Assembly: GCF_000981445.1 (NCBI RefSeq) | Contig: NC_027218.1 | Location: 3,472,001 to 3,518,759, forward strand | Source of the DNA: Babesia bigemina | Lineage: Eukaryota | Length of the DNA: 46,759 nucleotides | Direction: 5' to 3' | Shown: positions 31,782 through 41,225 of the stretch, in pieces | Position numbering within the stretch: position 1 is the first letter of the stretch | How the letters are laid out: the number at the start of each line of letters is the position of its first letter | The notes under the pieces: generated by a model | What the model saw: the letters and a program-made list of their open reading frames with translations, nothing else | Told to the model about the DNA's origin: nothing | Database searches by the model: none | Position numbers and translations under genes: made by a program

Positions 31782-32048
31782 AATCCCAGAGCCGTCGTAG
31801 CCTTTGGAAGTTTTATCGTAACCAAGAAAAGTCTGAAGGCCGGTGCAGAGGTTATTAAGGATGTTAGTAGGGTTGTTATTTGAGGTAATTTTAAGGTTTT
31901 AAATTTTGTCAAATTTCTTGCCAAGCCCCCTAAGCGGCACACGGTCAGGGCAGTGGCAAGAGGTGGAAGAGGGAAGTGAAGGGTGACAGGGCACAAGGTA
32001 TTGCAATGGTTTAAAGAAATCATAGCGGTAATATGGCGAAGTAATTCG

Positions 32049-34260
32049 AGCGATGTAGAGTGGGTTAAGGAGCGATGTAGAGTGGATAAAGGAGCGATGT
32101 GGAGTGGGTTAGGGAGCGATGTAGAGTGGGTAAAGGAGCGATGTAGAGTGGATAAAGGGGCGATGTATAGTGGATAAAGGAGCGATGTAAGGTGGATAAA
32201 AGAGCGATGTAGAGTGGGTTAGGGAGCGATGTAGAGTGGATAAGGGAGCGATGTAGAGTGGGTAAGGGAGCGATGTAGAGTGGATAGAGGAGCGATGTAG
32301 AGTGAGTTAGGGAGCGATGAAGGGTGGATTAGGGAGCGATGTGGAGTGGGTTAAGGAGCGATGTAGAGTGGGTTAGGGAGCGATGTAGAGTGGGTTAGGG
32401 AGCGATGTAGAGTGGATTAAGGGGCGATGTAGAGTGAGTTAGGGAGCGATGTGGAGTGGGTAAGGGAGCGATGTAGAGTGGGTAAAGGGGCGATGTAGAG
32501 TGGGTTAGGGAGCGATGTAGAGTGGGTTAGGGAGCGATGTAAAGTGGATAAGGAGCGATGTAGAGTGGGTTAAGGGGCGATGTGGAGTGGATAAGGGGCG
32601 ATGTAGAGTGGATTAGGGAGCGATGTGGAGTGGATTAGGGAGCGATGTGGAGTGGGTTAAGGGGCGATGTAGAGTTGGTTAAGGGGCGATGTAGAGTGGA
32701 TAAAGGGGCGATGTAGAGTGGATAAAGGGGCGATGTAGAGTGGGTTAAGGGGCGATGTAGAGTGGGTTAAGGGGCGATGTGGAGTGGATTAGGGAGCGAT
32801 GTAGAGTGGGTAAAGGGGCGATGTAGAGTGGGTTAAGGGGCGATGTGGAGTGGGTTAGGGAGCGATGTAGAGTGGATAAAGGAGCGATGTAGAGTGGGTT
32901 AGGGAGCGATGTGGAGTGGGTTAAGGAGCGATGTAGAGTGGGTTAGGGAGCGATGTAGAGTGGGTAAAGGGGCGATGTAGAGAGGGCTAAGGAGCGATGT
33001 AGAGTGGATAAGGGGCGATGTAGAGTGGATAAGGGAGCGATGTAGAGTGGATAAAGGAGCGATGTAGAGTGGATAAAGGGGCGATGTAGGGTGGATAAAA
33101 AGGCGATGTGGAGTGGGTAAAGGGGCGATGAGGAGTGGATAAAGGGGCGATGTAGAGTGGGTTAGGGAGCGATGTAGAGTGGGTAAAGGGGCGATGTAGA
33201 GTGGGTAAAGGGGCGATGTAGAGTGGTTAAGGGGCGATGTAGAGTGGGTTAAGGGGCGATGTAGAGTGGGTAAGGCAGCGATGTAGAGTGTGTAAGGCAG
33301 CGATGTAGAGTGGGTTAAGGGGCGATGTCGAGTGGGTAAAGGGGCGATGTGGAGTGGGTAAAGGGGCGATGTAGAGTGGGTTAAGGGGCGATGTAGAGTG
33401 GGTAAAGGGGCGGTGTGGAGTGGGTTAGGGAGCGATGTAGAGTGGGTAAAGGAGCGATGTAGAGTGGGTTAAGGGGCGATTAGAGGAGGTGAAGGAGCGA
33501 TGTAGAGTGGGTTAAGGAGCGATGTAGAGTGGATAAGGGAGCGATGAAGGGTGGGTTAAGGGGCGATGTAGAGTGGGTTAGGGAGCGATGTAGAGTGGGT
33601 TAGGGAGCGATGTAGAGTGGATAAAGGGGCGATGTGGAGTGGATAAAGGGGCGATGTAGAGTGGGTTAGGGAGCGATGTAGAGTGGGTAAGGAGCGATGT
33701 GGAGTGGGTTAAGGGGCGATGTAGAGTGGGTAAAAGAGCGATGAAGAGTGGGTTAGGGAGCGATGTAGAGTGGGTAAAGGGGCGATGTGGAGTGGGTTAG
33801 GGAGCGATGTAGAGTGGGTTAAGAAGCGATGTAGAGTGGGTTAAGGGAGCGATGTAGAGTGGGTTAAGGGGCGATGTAGAGTGGGTTAGGGAGCGATGTA
33901 GAGTGGATAAAGGAGCGATGTAGAGTGGATAGAGGAGCGATGTAGAGTGGATGAAGGGGCGATGTAGAGTGGGTTAAGGGGCGATGACGAGTGGATAAAG
34001 GAGCGATGTAGAGTGGGTTAAGGGGCGATGTAGAGTGGGTTAAGGGGCGATGTAGAGTGGGTTAAGGGGCGATGTGGAGTGGGTTAGGGAGCGATGTAGA
34101 GTGGGTTAAGGGGCGATGTAGAGTGGGTTAAGGGGCGATGTGGAGTGGGTTAGGGAGCGATGTAAGGTGGGTAAAGGAGCGATGTAGAGTGGATAAGGGA
34201 GCGATGTAGAGTGGATAGAGGAGCGATGTAGAGTGGGTAAAGGGGCGATGTAGAGTGGAT
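32049..34260. repeat. 22-bp array A, ~100 units (2.2 kb)
   Basis: Same unit; longest complete copy in the window. Confidence 0.97.
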
Positions 34261-34296
34261 TATAATCACTACTTAGGTCAGGTGATTGGTCATCAC

Positions 34297-34341
34297 TGTC
34301 ATCGCTGCCGTGACCATAACCATGTCATCGCTGCCGTGACC
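34297..34341. repeat. 20-bp array B remnant, ~2 units
   Basis: TGTCATCGCTGCCGTGACC twice. Confidence 0.85.
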
Positions 34342-34347
34342 GTCAAC

Positions 34348-34732
34348 TTGGTCAGCACCTTGGTCATGGCATTGGTCAGCACATTGGTCAACACGTTGGT
34401 CAACACTTTGGTCAGCACCTTGGTCATGGCATTGGTCAGCACATTGGTCAACACGTTGGTCAACACTTTGGTCAGCACCTTGGTCAGCACTTTGGTCAGC
34501 ACATTGGTCACCAAGTTGGTCATGGCATTGGTCAGCTGCTTGGTCAGCACATAGGTCAGCACATAGGTCAGCACTTAGGTCAGCACATTGGTCATAGCAT
34601 TGGTCAACACTTTGGTCGTGGCATTGGTCAGCTACTAGGTCAGCACATTGGTCACCACTTTGGTCAGCACTTTGGTCGTGGCATTGGTCAGCATTTTGGT
34701 CAGCACGTTGGTCAGCACTTTGGTCAGCACTT
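34348..34732. repeat. 12-bp array C, ~32 units
   Basis: TTGGTCAGCACN repeats, with a 60-bp higher-order duplication visible around 34350-34480. Confidence 0.95.
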
Positions 34733-34855
34733 TAGTTAACTATTACACAATCACATACAACGAATAATGAGTGATTCAACAGATTAATGCACAATTCATA
34801 AGTTAGGTGAGTAGGTGATCCTAGGTGAGTGTAGGTAGTAGACACGTGAGTACGA

Positions 34856-37800
34856 TTATGGTTGCAGATAAAACACCCTGTTAAGCTTGTTAACACGTCC
34901 AGCGGCGAGTAGTGATTGAGCGGCAATGCGATGTGATGAGGGACTATGTAGATGCGATTTGATGTGGAGCAGGTCTAGGCGGATGACCATGACAATGATG
35001 AGATAGAGGACAGAGAGGAGCCAGAGGGCTACATTGAGCCAGATGAAGGGGGCGCGGATGGTGAAAATGAATTCGTCGATGGCTGTGAAAAATTGCACGA
35101 GATGTGAGTCTTTTTTGAATGTTTCTTCAAATACGGTACTGAAATCTTTGCACGTGCGTTTCTTATTGATGTTATCATCGCCGTTAAGCTTATGTTTATC
35201 CCATAAGGTGAAACCATATTTACATAATGTAGGCATTGTATATTTACATGTCACAATAGATTTGCATTGCTCATTATGGGATGGTGTTGTCTCTTTCGAT
35301 GATGTAGTTGGACACCCCTTAATACACGCTTTGGCGTGACAATTGTATCCTTTGGAACCGCATTTGGAATTGCATTCTTCGTAGAGTTTCTTAAGTAAGT
35401 CGTAGAATGTCTGCGTCAGGTAAACGATCCATGATAGGTATTTGTCGGCATGCTTCGATGAAAACATAACGTAGATGGATTTATTGATCGGACGCAAATA
35501 TGGACCACATACGACGGCGTCGTTCGACGTGCATACGAGACTGGCAAGGCTACCCGCGGAATGACCTTTCCATGCTGCTGAATGGCTTTCGGAGAACAGG
35601 TAGCCGACGTTCGGCTTACTATATTCACGTTCTAAATTGGCGGCGGTGGCGGCATCATTGAAGGCTTTGTATTTATGTTCATTGCCGTCCATACCCCAGC
35701 GATAGGTGAAGTTAGAATAAAATGCAAACATATCACCGAGCGTTTTCGGAGCGCTGGGAAGGAGAGTGTTCAGCATTGCACATAGCACATTCAGTGGAGA
35801 TGCATCAGTACAGCAGAAGTCAAGCAGTGCACTGTATATATGGTCACCCGTTTTGGTGTGCGAGGCTGTGCTACTGATCTCGGGGAATCCCATGGGTGTT
35901 CTGCAGGGCATACCGGGTGGCGTTTTAAGGCACGTTGAACATGACAATGTTGCGCCCTTAGATGATAGAGCGTGAGGCAAGAAACCTTGCAAGCCGTCTT
36001 CAAGGAAAGATTGGAGTGGCGATTTAAGGCCGCAGTTGGGGTGTTGGTCACACGTTTGCTTACATGTTTGGTCACCTAATTGGTTACCTTCTTGGTTAAC
36101 ACATTGCATAGCATTGCAGTTCCATGCTGAGCCACCAACGTGCCGGCCGTAATGGCAGTCTTGCCAGCCGCTCAACTCACTATCGTGCGAGCATTGTTCG
36201 TACAGGAAATAGAGCTGGTGATGGAGGCGCTTTAAATATTCCTGCAGCGTACACAGTAACGTATTCATGTTGGTGGGATAAGCTAACTTGTCAGAATTTG
36301 TGTAAAAGTCGCAAGCGTACCGGCCCTCCGCGTGGCCATGGCCCTGAACACCGACTAGGACAGTGTAGGATTGTGCGCAAACAGCAGGGAGTAAACGCAT
36401 AAATGTGGTTGGGTACAGAGCGGGACGTTTCAAATATTTCTTTATTTCTTCCGGCATGTAAACGTCTAATTCCCCGTTATCACCAAACAAGTCAACCATG
36501 GTCTTAATAAGACCATTGCGCACCGGATTGTACCATAGTCCACAGAGCCACTGAAGCATTTCGTATACTGTCGTCGGTGCTCTTGGATTCGGCGGGATGT
36601 AGTAGTGATTGACACGGAAGTATGTCTCAAGGTGTTCGTGAAGCGTATTGAGTGTTCCTTCCTGCTGGTTTTGGTTGTCGTAAATTGGCTTATAATTCGG
36701 CGGCATGTTAAGCTGTTTCATCAGGTATTGCATTATTTGAGCACCAGTCTTTCTCCTGTCCAACTCACCATTCTGCTCGTGTTCATTCCTCGACACCTTG
36801 AAACCGTGGGTGCTGAACCATAAGCCAAGTGAGTTCGGCGTAATATCACCACCATTATCCATCTCATATTGACGAACATGTTCGTCATTCCATTTGCCGT
36901 TCGTCTTACATCCTTTCCTTAAATCTTCCAACTCATGGAACAGCGTGTCGACAACAGTCAAAAACACTTTAGCGCCATTTTTTCCTTCAGGCGTCAAAAC
37001 ATCTTTTTCACCTTTTTTAACCCACTGTTTAATACTTTCCCCTCCATCATACCTATTCACATACCCCTTCTCCAACTCCTCCACGAATCCCAGCATCCCT
37101 GCCTGCAGCGCCTTGAGCACGGGCCGTCCTGCGTCCGGCAGCGCTTGGGGGTCGAGGGCGGAGGTAGCGGAGGAGAGGGCGGAGAGGCGGAGGGAGACGG
37201 GGTGGCTGAAGTGGGCGTAGAGATTTAGTGCCGATGCTAATTTTTCGATGTATTTTTCGAAGTTTTGGAGTTGGTCGAAATTTCTGTCAAGTTTCTGTAA
37301 ATCGCCATTTGAGTAAGTGACGATATTCTTGAGGAGTGAGTAGGCCTTGGCAGACAGTCCGGTGACAGTTTTGACATTGTTATTACTTTTTAGTGAATTC
37401 AGGCCATCTTTAATTTTTCCCAGTAACCCTTTCACGCCGTTCATTTCGTCATCTTTAATAACATCAGCGATCTGTTCATTTTGCTCTACAATAATGCCTC
37501 GGAAGGTGGAAAGCTGCCCTTCACGTACAGTTGCGAAGAAGGCTTGCACATCCGATTTCACACCCGCGAAAACCACTTCAATTGCGGCAGTTAAACCAGA
37601 TATCAGAGTTTCAAGTCCGGAAGCGATTTCTTGACGAGCTGAATTTGCAGTGGATTCGGCGGCTTGAATTGCATTTTCAATCGATGCGTTGAACGCTTCC
37701 AAGTCTACATTCACATCGTGAATATTCGTGAGAGTTCCGCCTACCTTATCCTTCAGTGCTTCTACTAGATCTTTAACGCCATCTTTGTCCGAATCTTTTT

Positions 37801-39937
37801 TCCCTGCATTCTCTCTTAGCTTCTTAATGAGTTCTTCGGTCTCATCAATACTGGACTGAAGGGTTTTGATTTTTTTCTGAATTTCACCGTCTTCTGTCAT
37901 ATCATCGTCACTTGCAACATCCAATTTCTCAATTTGATCTTGTATATCTTTCTTAATACCACCGGTGACATCGTGTGTCCTACCATTAATTCTGAGATTG
38001 AGTGCTTCCTTGAACGCAGCTGTCCCCCTTAGTGCTGCAGACCTAAGGAGAGGGTTTAGTTGGTTTTGGGCGCTATCGATTTTGGAGTCAAACTCAGTTG
38101 TGAGAGCGTGGAAAACGTCGGATGGTTTCGGGTCTCCACCGTTGGCACTGCTTGCATTTTTTAGATACACTAACACTGATTCCATCGCGTTTGCAAAATT
38201 TAGATTCCCGTTGTTAGCTTGTGACAACTTTCTGCCGACGTCAGTATCCGGTTCCAATGGGTTTCGTTTATTCAAGGTGCTTACAAGAGCGGAGAAACGC
38301 GGCCTCCCCACTCCACTAGATGTATTGATTCCTGCCTTGATAGCCGTTGCCAACTCCTGGAGATAACCCCCAACCTGCTGCTTAATATCACCATAGAGCG
38401 TTTGTACATCACTATATAGCTTGCCTTTCAGATCGTAAAACTCGTGCTCTAACTCTGACGTAATGGTGTCATGAAGTTTCCCAAGCGTTACCAAATGTTG
38501 ACCAACTGTCATCAATATTTCTTGAAGATCACTTGCAACATCATCAGTGTCAATCTTCTCAACTTGTCTCTCTATACGCTCTATCTTCTGAACAATATCT
38601 CTCTCATATATGGTACTCAGATCATAGGCACTATCTACCGCCTGCTTCACGGATTCTAATGCCTCCTTCGTAGAGGCAATCAATTCTGTTAACCTAGTGG
38701 TACGTATGTGTCCAATGTGTCCGATTTGTTTTATAACTTCATCAAGTTTATTCTCAACTTTTATACGTAGTTCAGGTACTCTTTTATTTACGTCACTAAG
38801 GAGTTTCTGCTTCTGACTCCCCAATGAACTGTCCACCACTCGGCACGCTGCCTTTAAATCGTCAGTCGCCGACTTTTCAAGCACATTTACCGCACCATCA
38901 ATTTTTGCTAACGGCGCGACTAACTGTTTTTTGAGTTGTTCGTCAATGTTTTTCATGGCTTCGTTGGCCTCCCTAACTTTGTCTCCATACCCCTTAACCT
39001 GCCCTGACCAGGCAGTGAACTGTTTATCAAGCGTCATTGATTTTTGTTCCTCAACTTTCTTGACATTTTCATTTACGCTGTCTTCTAATTCATACAAAGG
39101 GCCACTTACTGCTGTAACTTCTTTACTGACTTTATTTTGGTAGCTGACTAGATGGCTTTTCACCTGACTAAGGACGGCCTTCAGTCCTTCAGCGCCTTTA
39201 CCATTATTGTCGTTTAATAAATTAATAATTCTATTAAAATCATTTGGTGACATCGATTTGTCGTATTTTTTAACTGCATCATCATCTTTCACCCCCTCAA
39301 GCACACCACTCAAAAATCCCATCACCCCGTCACACAGCCTATCCAAGTCAGAGTACACAATGCCAGTGCCGTCGTAGCCTTTGGAGTTAGGGGAGTAACC
39401 AAGAAAAGTCTGAAGGCCGTCACATAAATGTGTTAAAAGATTATCATTAGCATGTTTTTCAAGTTCTTTAGCAAATGTTTCAAGTTTCTTAACAATTTCT
39501 CTCTGCTGCTCCACTTCCTGCAAACCCTTCTGCCTCTCCTCCTGAGGGAGGTAATGGGTCTTAGCACAGTCATTTTTAGAGGCTTCGGCTTTTTTGATTT
39601 TAGCGTTTAGTTCATCAATTTGCTTTTTAGAGTCATCGGTTTGATTAGCAAGCTTAGATTTAAGTTGCTCTTTAGTATCATCAATAGTCTTCTGTTGCTG
39701 CTTACAACAGGGCTGGACAGAGGGATGGTCTTTAGAGGACTCATCAGTAGGTTTTCCACGGCAAAGGAGCTTGGATTGGCGGTCATTAAGGGAGTTAGTA
39801 GCCTTCTCAATAGCCTCCTCAATCAACTTTTTCAAAGCTTGAGACAACTTGGTAAGACCATCACTGCCACCATTCCCATACCTAACCTGGATCAACCAGT
39901 CGATGGACTCAGTCAGAAGGTAAGTGAAGGGTGACAA
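34856..39937 (-). CDS. ves1: ves1/VESA1-like variant surface antigen, copy 6 (ORF start is TTG; first in-frame ATG at 39322)
   Basis: 1693-codon ORF beginning LTESIDWLIQVRYGNGG..GLTKLSQALKKLIEEAI, which resembles the N-terminal 'IDWL' motif of Babesia VESA1-type proteins. TM and tail are conserved. Confidence 0.85.
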   Translation of the reverse strand: MSPFTYLLTESIDWLIQVRYGNGGSDGLTKLSQALKKLIEEAIEKATNSLNDRQSKLLCRGKPTDESSKDHPSVQPCCKQQQKTIDDTKEQLKSKLANQTDDSKKQIDELNAKIKKAEASKNDCAKTHYLPQEERQKGLQEVEQQREIVKKLETFAKELEKHANDNLLTHLCDGLQTFLGYSPNSKGYDGTGIVYSDLDRLCDGVMGFLSGVLEGVKDDDAVKKYDKSMSPNDFNRIINLLNDNNGKGAEGLKAVLSQVKSHLVSYQNKVSKEVTAVSGPLYELEDSVNENVKKVEEQKSMTLDKQFTAWSGQVKGYGDKVREANEAMKNIDEQLKKQLVAPLAKIDGAVNVLEKSATDDLKAACRVVDSSLGSQKQKLLSDVNKRVPELRIKVENKLDEVIKQIGHIGHIRTTRLTELIASTKEALESVKQAVDSAYDLSTIYERDIVQKIERIERQVEKIDTDDVASDLQEILMTVGQHLVTLGKLHDTITSELEHEFYDLKGKLYSDVQTLYGDIKQQVGGYLQELATAIKAGINTSSGVGRPRFSALVSTLNKRNPLEPDTDVGRKLSQANNGNLNFANAMESVLVYLKNASSANGGDPKPSDVFHALTTEFDSKIDSAQNQLNPLLRSAALRGTAAFKEALNLRINGRTHDVTGGIKKDIQDQIEKLDVASDDDMTEDGEIQKKIKTLQSSIDETEELIKKLRENAGKKDSDKDGVKDLVEALKDKVGGTLTNIHDVNVDLEAFNASIENAIQAAESTANSARQEIASGLETLISGLTAAIEVVFAGVKSDVQAFFATVREGQLSTFRGIIVEQNEQIADVIKDDEMNGVKGLLGKIKDGLNSLKSNNNVKTVTGLSAKAYSLLKNIVTYSNGDLQKLDRNFDQLQNFEKYIEKLASALNLYAHFSHPVSLRLSALSSATSALDPQALPDAGRPVLKALQAGMLGFVEELEKGYVNRYDGGESIKQWVKKGEKDVLTPEGKNGAKVFLTVVDTLFHELEDLRKGCKTNGKWNDEHVRQYEMDNGGDITPNSLGLWFSTHGFKVSRNEHEQNGELDRRKTGAQIMQYLMKQLNMPPNYKPIYDNQNQQEGTLNTLHEHLETYFRVNHYYIPPNPRAPTTVYEMLQWLCGLWYNPVRNGLIKTMVDLFGDNGELDVYMPEEIKKYLKRPALYPTTFMRLLPAVCAQSYTVLVGVQGHGHAEGRYACDFYTNSDKLAYPTNMNTLLCTLQEYLKRLHHQLYFLYEQCSHDSELSGWQDCHYGRHVGGSAWNCNAMQCVNQEGNQLGDQTCKQTCDQHPNCGLKSPLQSFLEDGLQGFLPHALSSKGATLSCSTCLKTPPGMPCRTPMGFPEISSTASHTKTGDHIYSALLDFCCTDASPLNVLCAMLNTLLPSAPKTLGDMFAFYSNFTYRWGMDGNEHKYKAFNDAATAANLEREYSKPNVGYLFSESHSAAWKGHSAGSLASLVCTSNDAVVCGPYLRPINKSIYVMFSSKHADKYLSWIVYLTQTFYDLLKKLYEECNSKCGSKGYNCHAKACIKGCPTTSSKETTPSHNEQCKSIVTCKYTMPTLCKYGFTLWDKHKLNGDDNINKKRTCKDFSTVFEETFKKDSHLVQFFTAIDEFIFTIRAPFIWLNVALWLLSVLYLIIVMVIRLDLLHIKSHLHSPSSHRIAAQSLLAAGRVNKLNRVFYLQP

Positions 39938-39999
39938 GGCACAAGTTATTGTGATGGTTTATAGAGGTCATTGCGGTATTATGGCGAGGCAATTGGAAG

Positions 40000-40255
40000 G
40001 ATGTAGAGTGGGTTAGGGAGCGATGTAGAGTGGATTGGGGAGCGATGTAGAGTGGGTTAGGGAGCGATGTAGGGTGGGTAAAGGGGCGATGTGGAGTGGG
40101 TAAAGGGGCGATGTAGAGTGGATAAAGGGGCGATGTAGAGTGGATAAAGGGGCGATGTAGAGTGGATTAAGGGGCGATGTAGAGTGGATTAAGGGGCGAT
40201 GTAGAGTGGGTTAAGGGGCGATGTAGAGTGAGTTAAGGGGCGATGTAGAGTGGAT
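40000..40255. repeat. 22-bp array A, ~11 units
   Basis: Same unit. Confidence 0.95.
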
Positions 40256-40275
40256 GATAATAACCACTTTGGCCA

Positions 40276-40459
40276 CCATGTCATCGATGCCGTAACCATG
40301 TCATCGATGCCGTGACCATGTCATCGCTGCCGTGACCATGTCATCGCTGCCGTAACCATGTCATCGATGCCGTGACCATGTCATCGCTGCCGTGACCATG
40401 TCATCGCTGCCGTAACCATGTCATCGCTGCCGTGACCATGTCATCGCTGCCGTGACCAT
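40276..40459. repeat. 20-bp array B, ~9 units
   Basis: CATGTCATCG(C/A)TGCCGT(G/A)AC. Confidence 0.95.
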
Positions 40460-40463
40460 CAAC

Positions 40464-41085
40464 TTGGTCATGGCATTGGTCACCACTTTGGTCAGCACAT
40501 AGGTCAGCACATAGGTCAGCACCTTGGTCACCACTTTGGTCATCACTTTGGTCAACACTTTGGTCAGCACATTGGTCAGTACATTGGTCACCACTCTGGT
40601 CATGGCATTGGTCACCACGTTGGTCATGGCGTTGGTCACCACTCTGGTCATGGCATTGGTCAGCACATTGGTCAGCACTCTGGTCATGGCATTGGTCAGC
40701 ACATTGGTCAGCATCTTGGTCACCACTTTGGTCAGCACATTGGTCAGCACATTGGTCAGCTACTAGGTCACCACTCTGGTGAGGTGCTTGGTCACCACGT
40801 TGGTCATGGCATTGGTCAGCGCTTTGGTCACCACTTTGGTCAGCACATTGGTCAGCACTTTGGTCAGCACGTTGTTCATGGCATTGGTCAGCACTTTGGT
40901 CAGCACGTTGGTCAGGTGCTTGGTCATGGCATTGGTCACCACGTTGGTCATGGCATTGGTCAGCACCTTGGTCAGCACCTTGGTCATGGCATTGGTCATC
41001 GCATTGTTCAGCACCTTGGTCAGCACATAGCTCACTCACCAGGTCACCACTTTGGTCAGCACATTGGTCAGCACCTTGGTCAGCT
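40464..41085. repeat. 12-bp array C, ~52 units
   Basis: TTGGTCAGCACN, TTGGTCATGGCA and TTGGTCACCACN units. Confidence 0.95.
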
Positions 41086-41225
41086 ACTAAATCACCACAT
41101 CAGTTAACTATTACACAATCACATACACCTATTAATGAGTGATGCAACAGATTAAAGCACAATTCATATGTTAGGTGAGTAGGTGATATGCTAGGTGAGT
41201 TTAGATATTGAACACGTGAGTACGA

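Noticed and set aside
40401..41107. Repeat-derived ORFs (ADQS.., VLTK.., LVST.., GQHIG..), also at 5868-6254, 19838-20072, 26710-26968 and 34255-34574
   Set aside because: A 12-bp period keeps several frames open on both strands. Starts are mostly GTG/TTG or incidental and lengths track array size. Only the similarity to the coding repeat was kept, as a finding.
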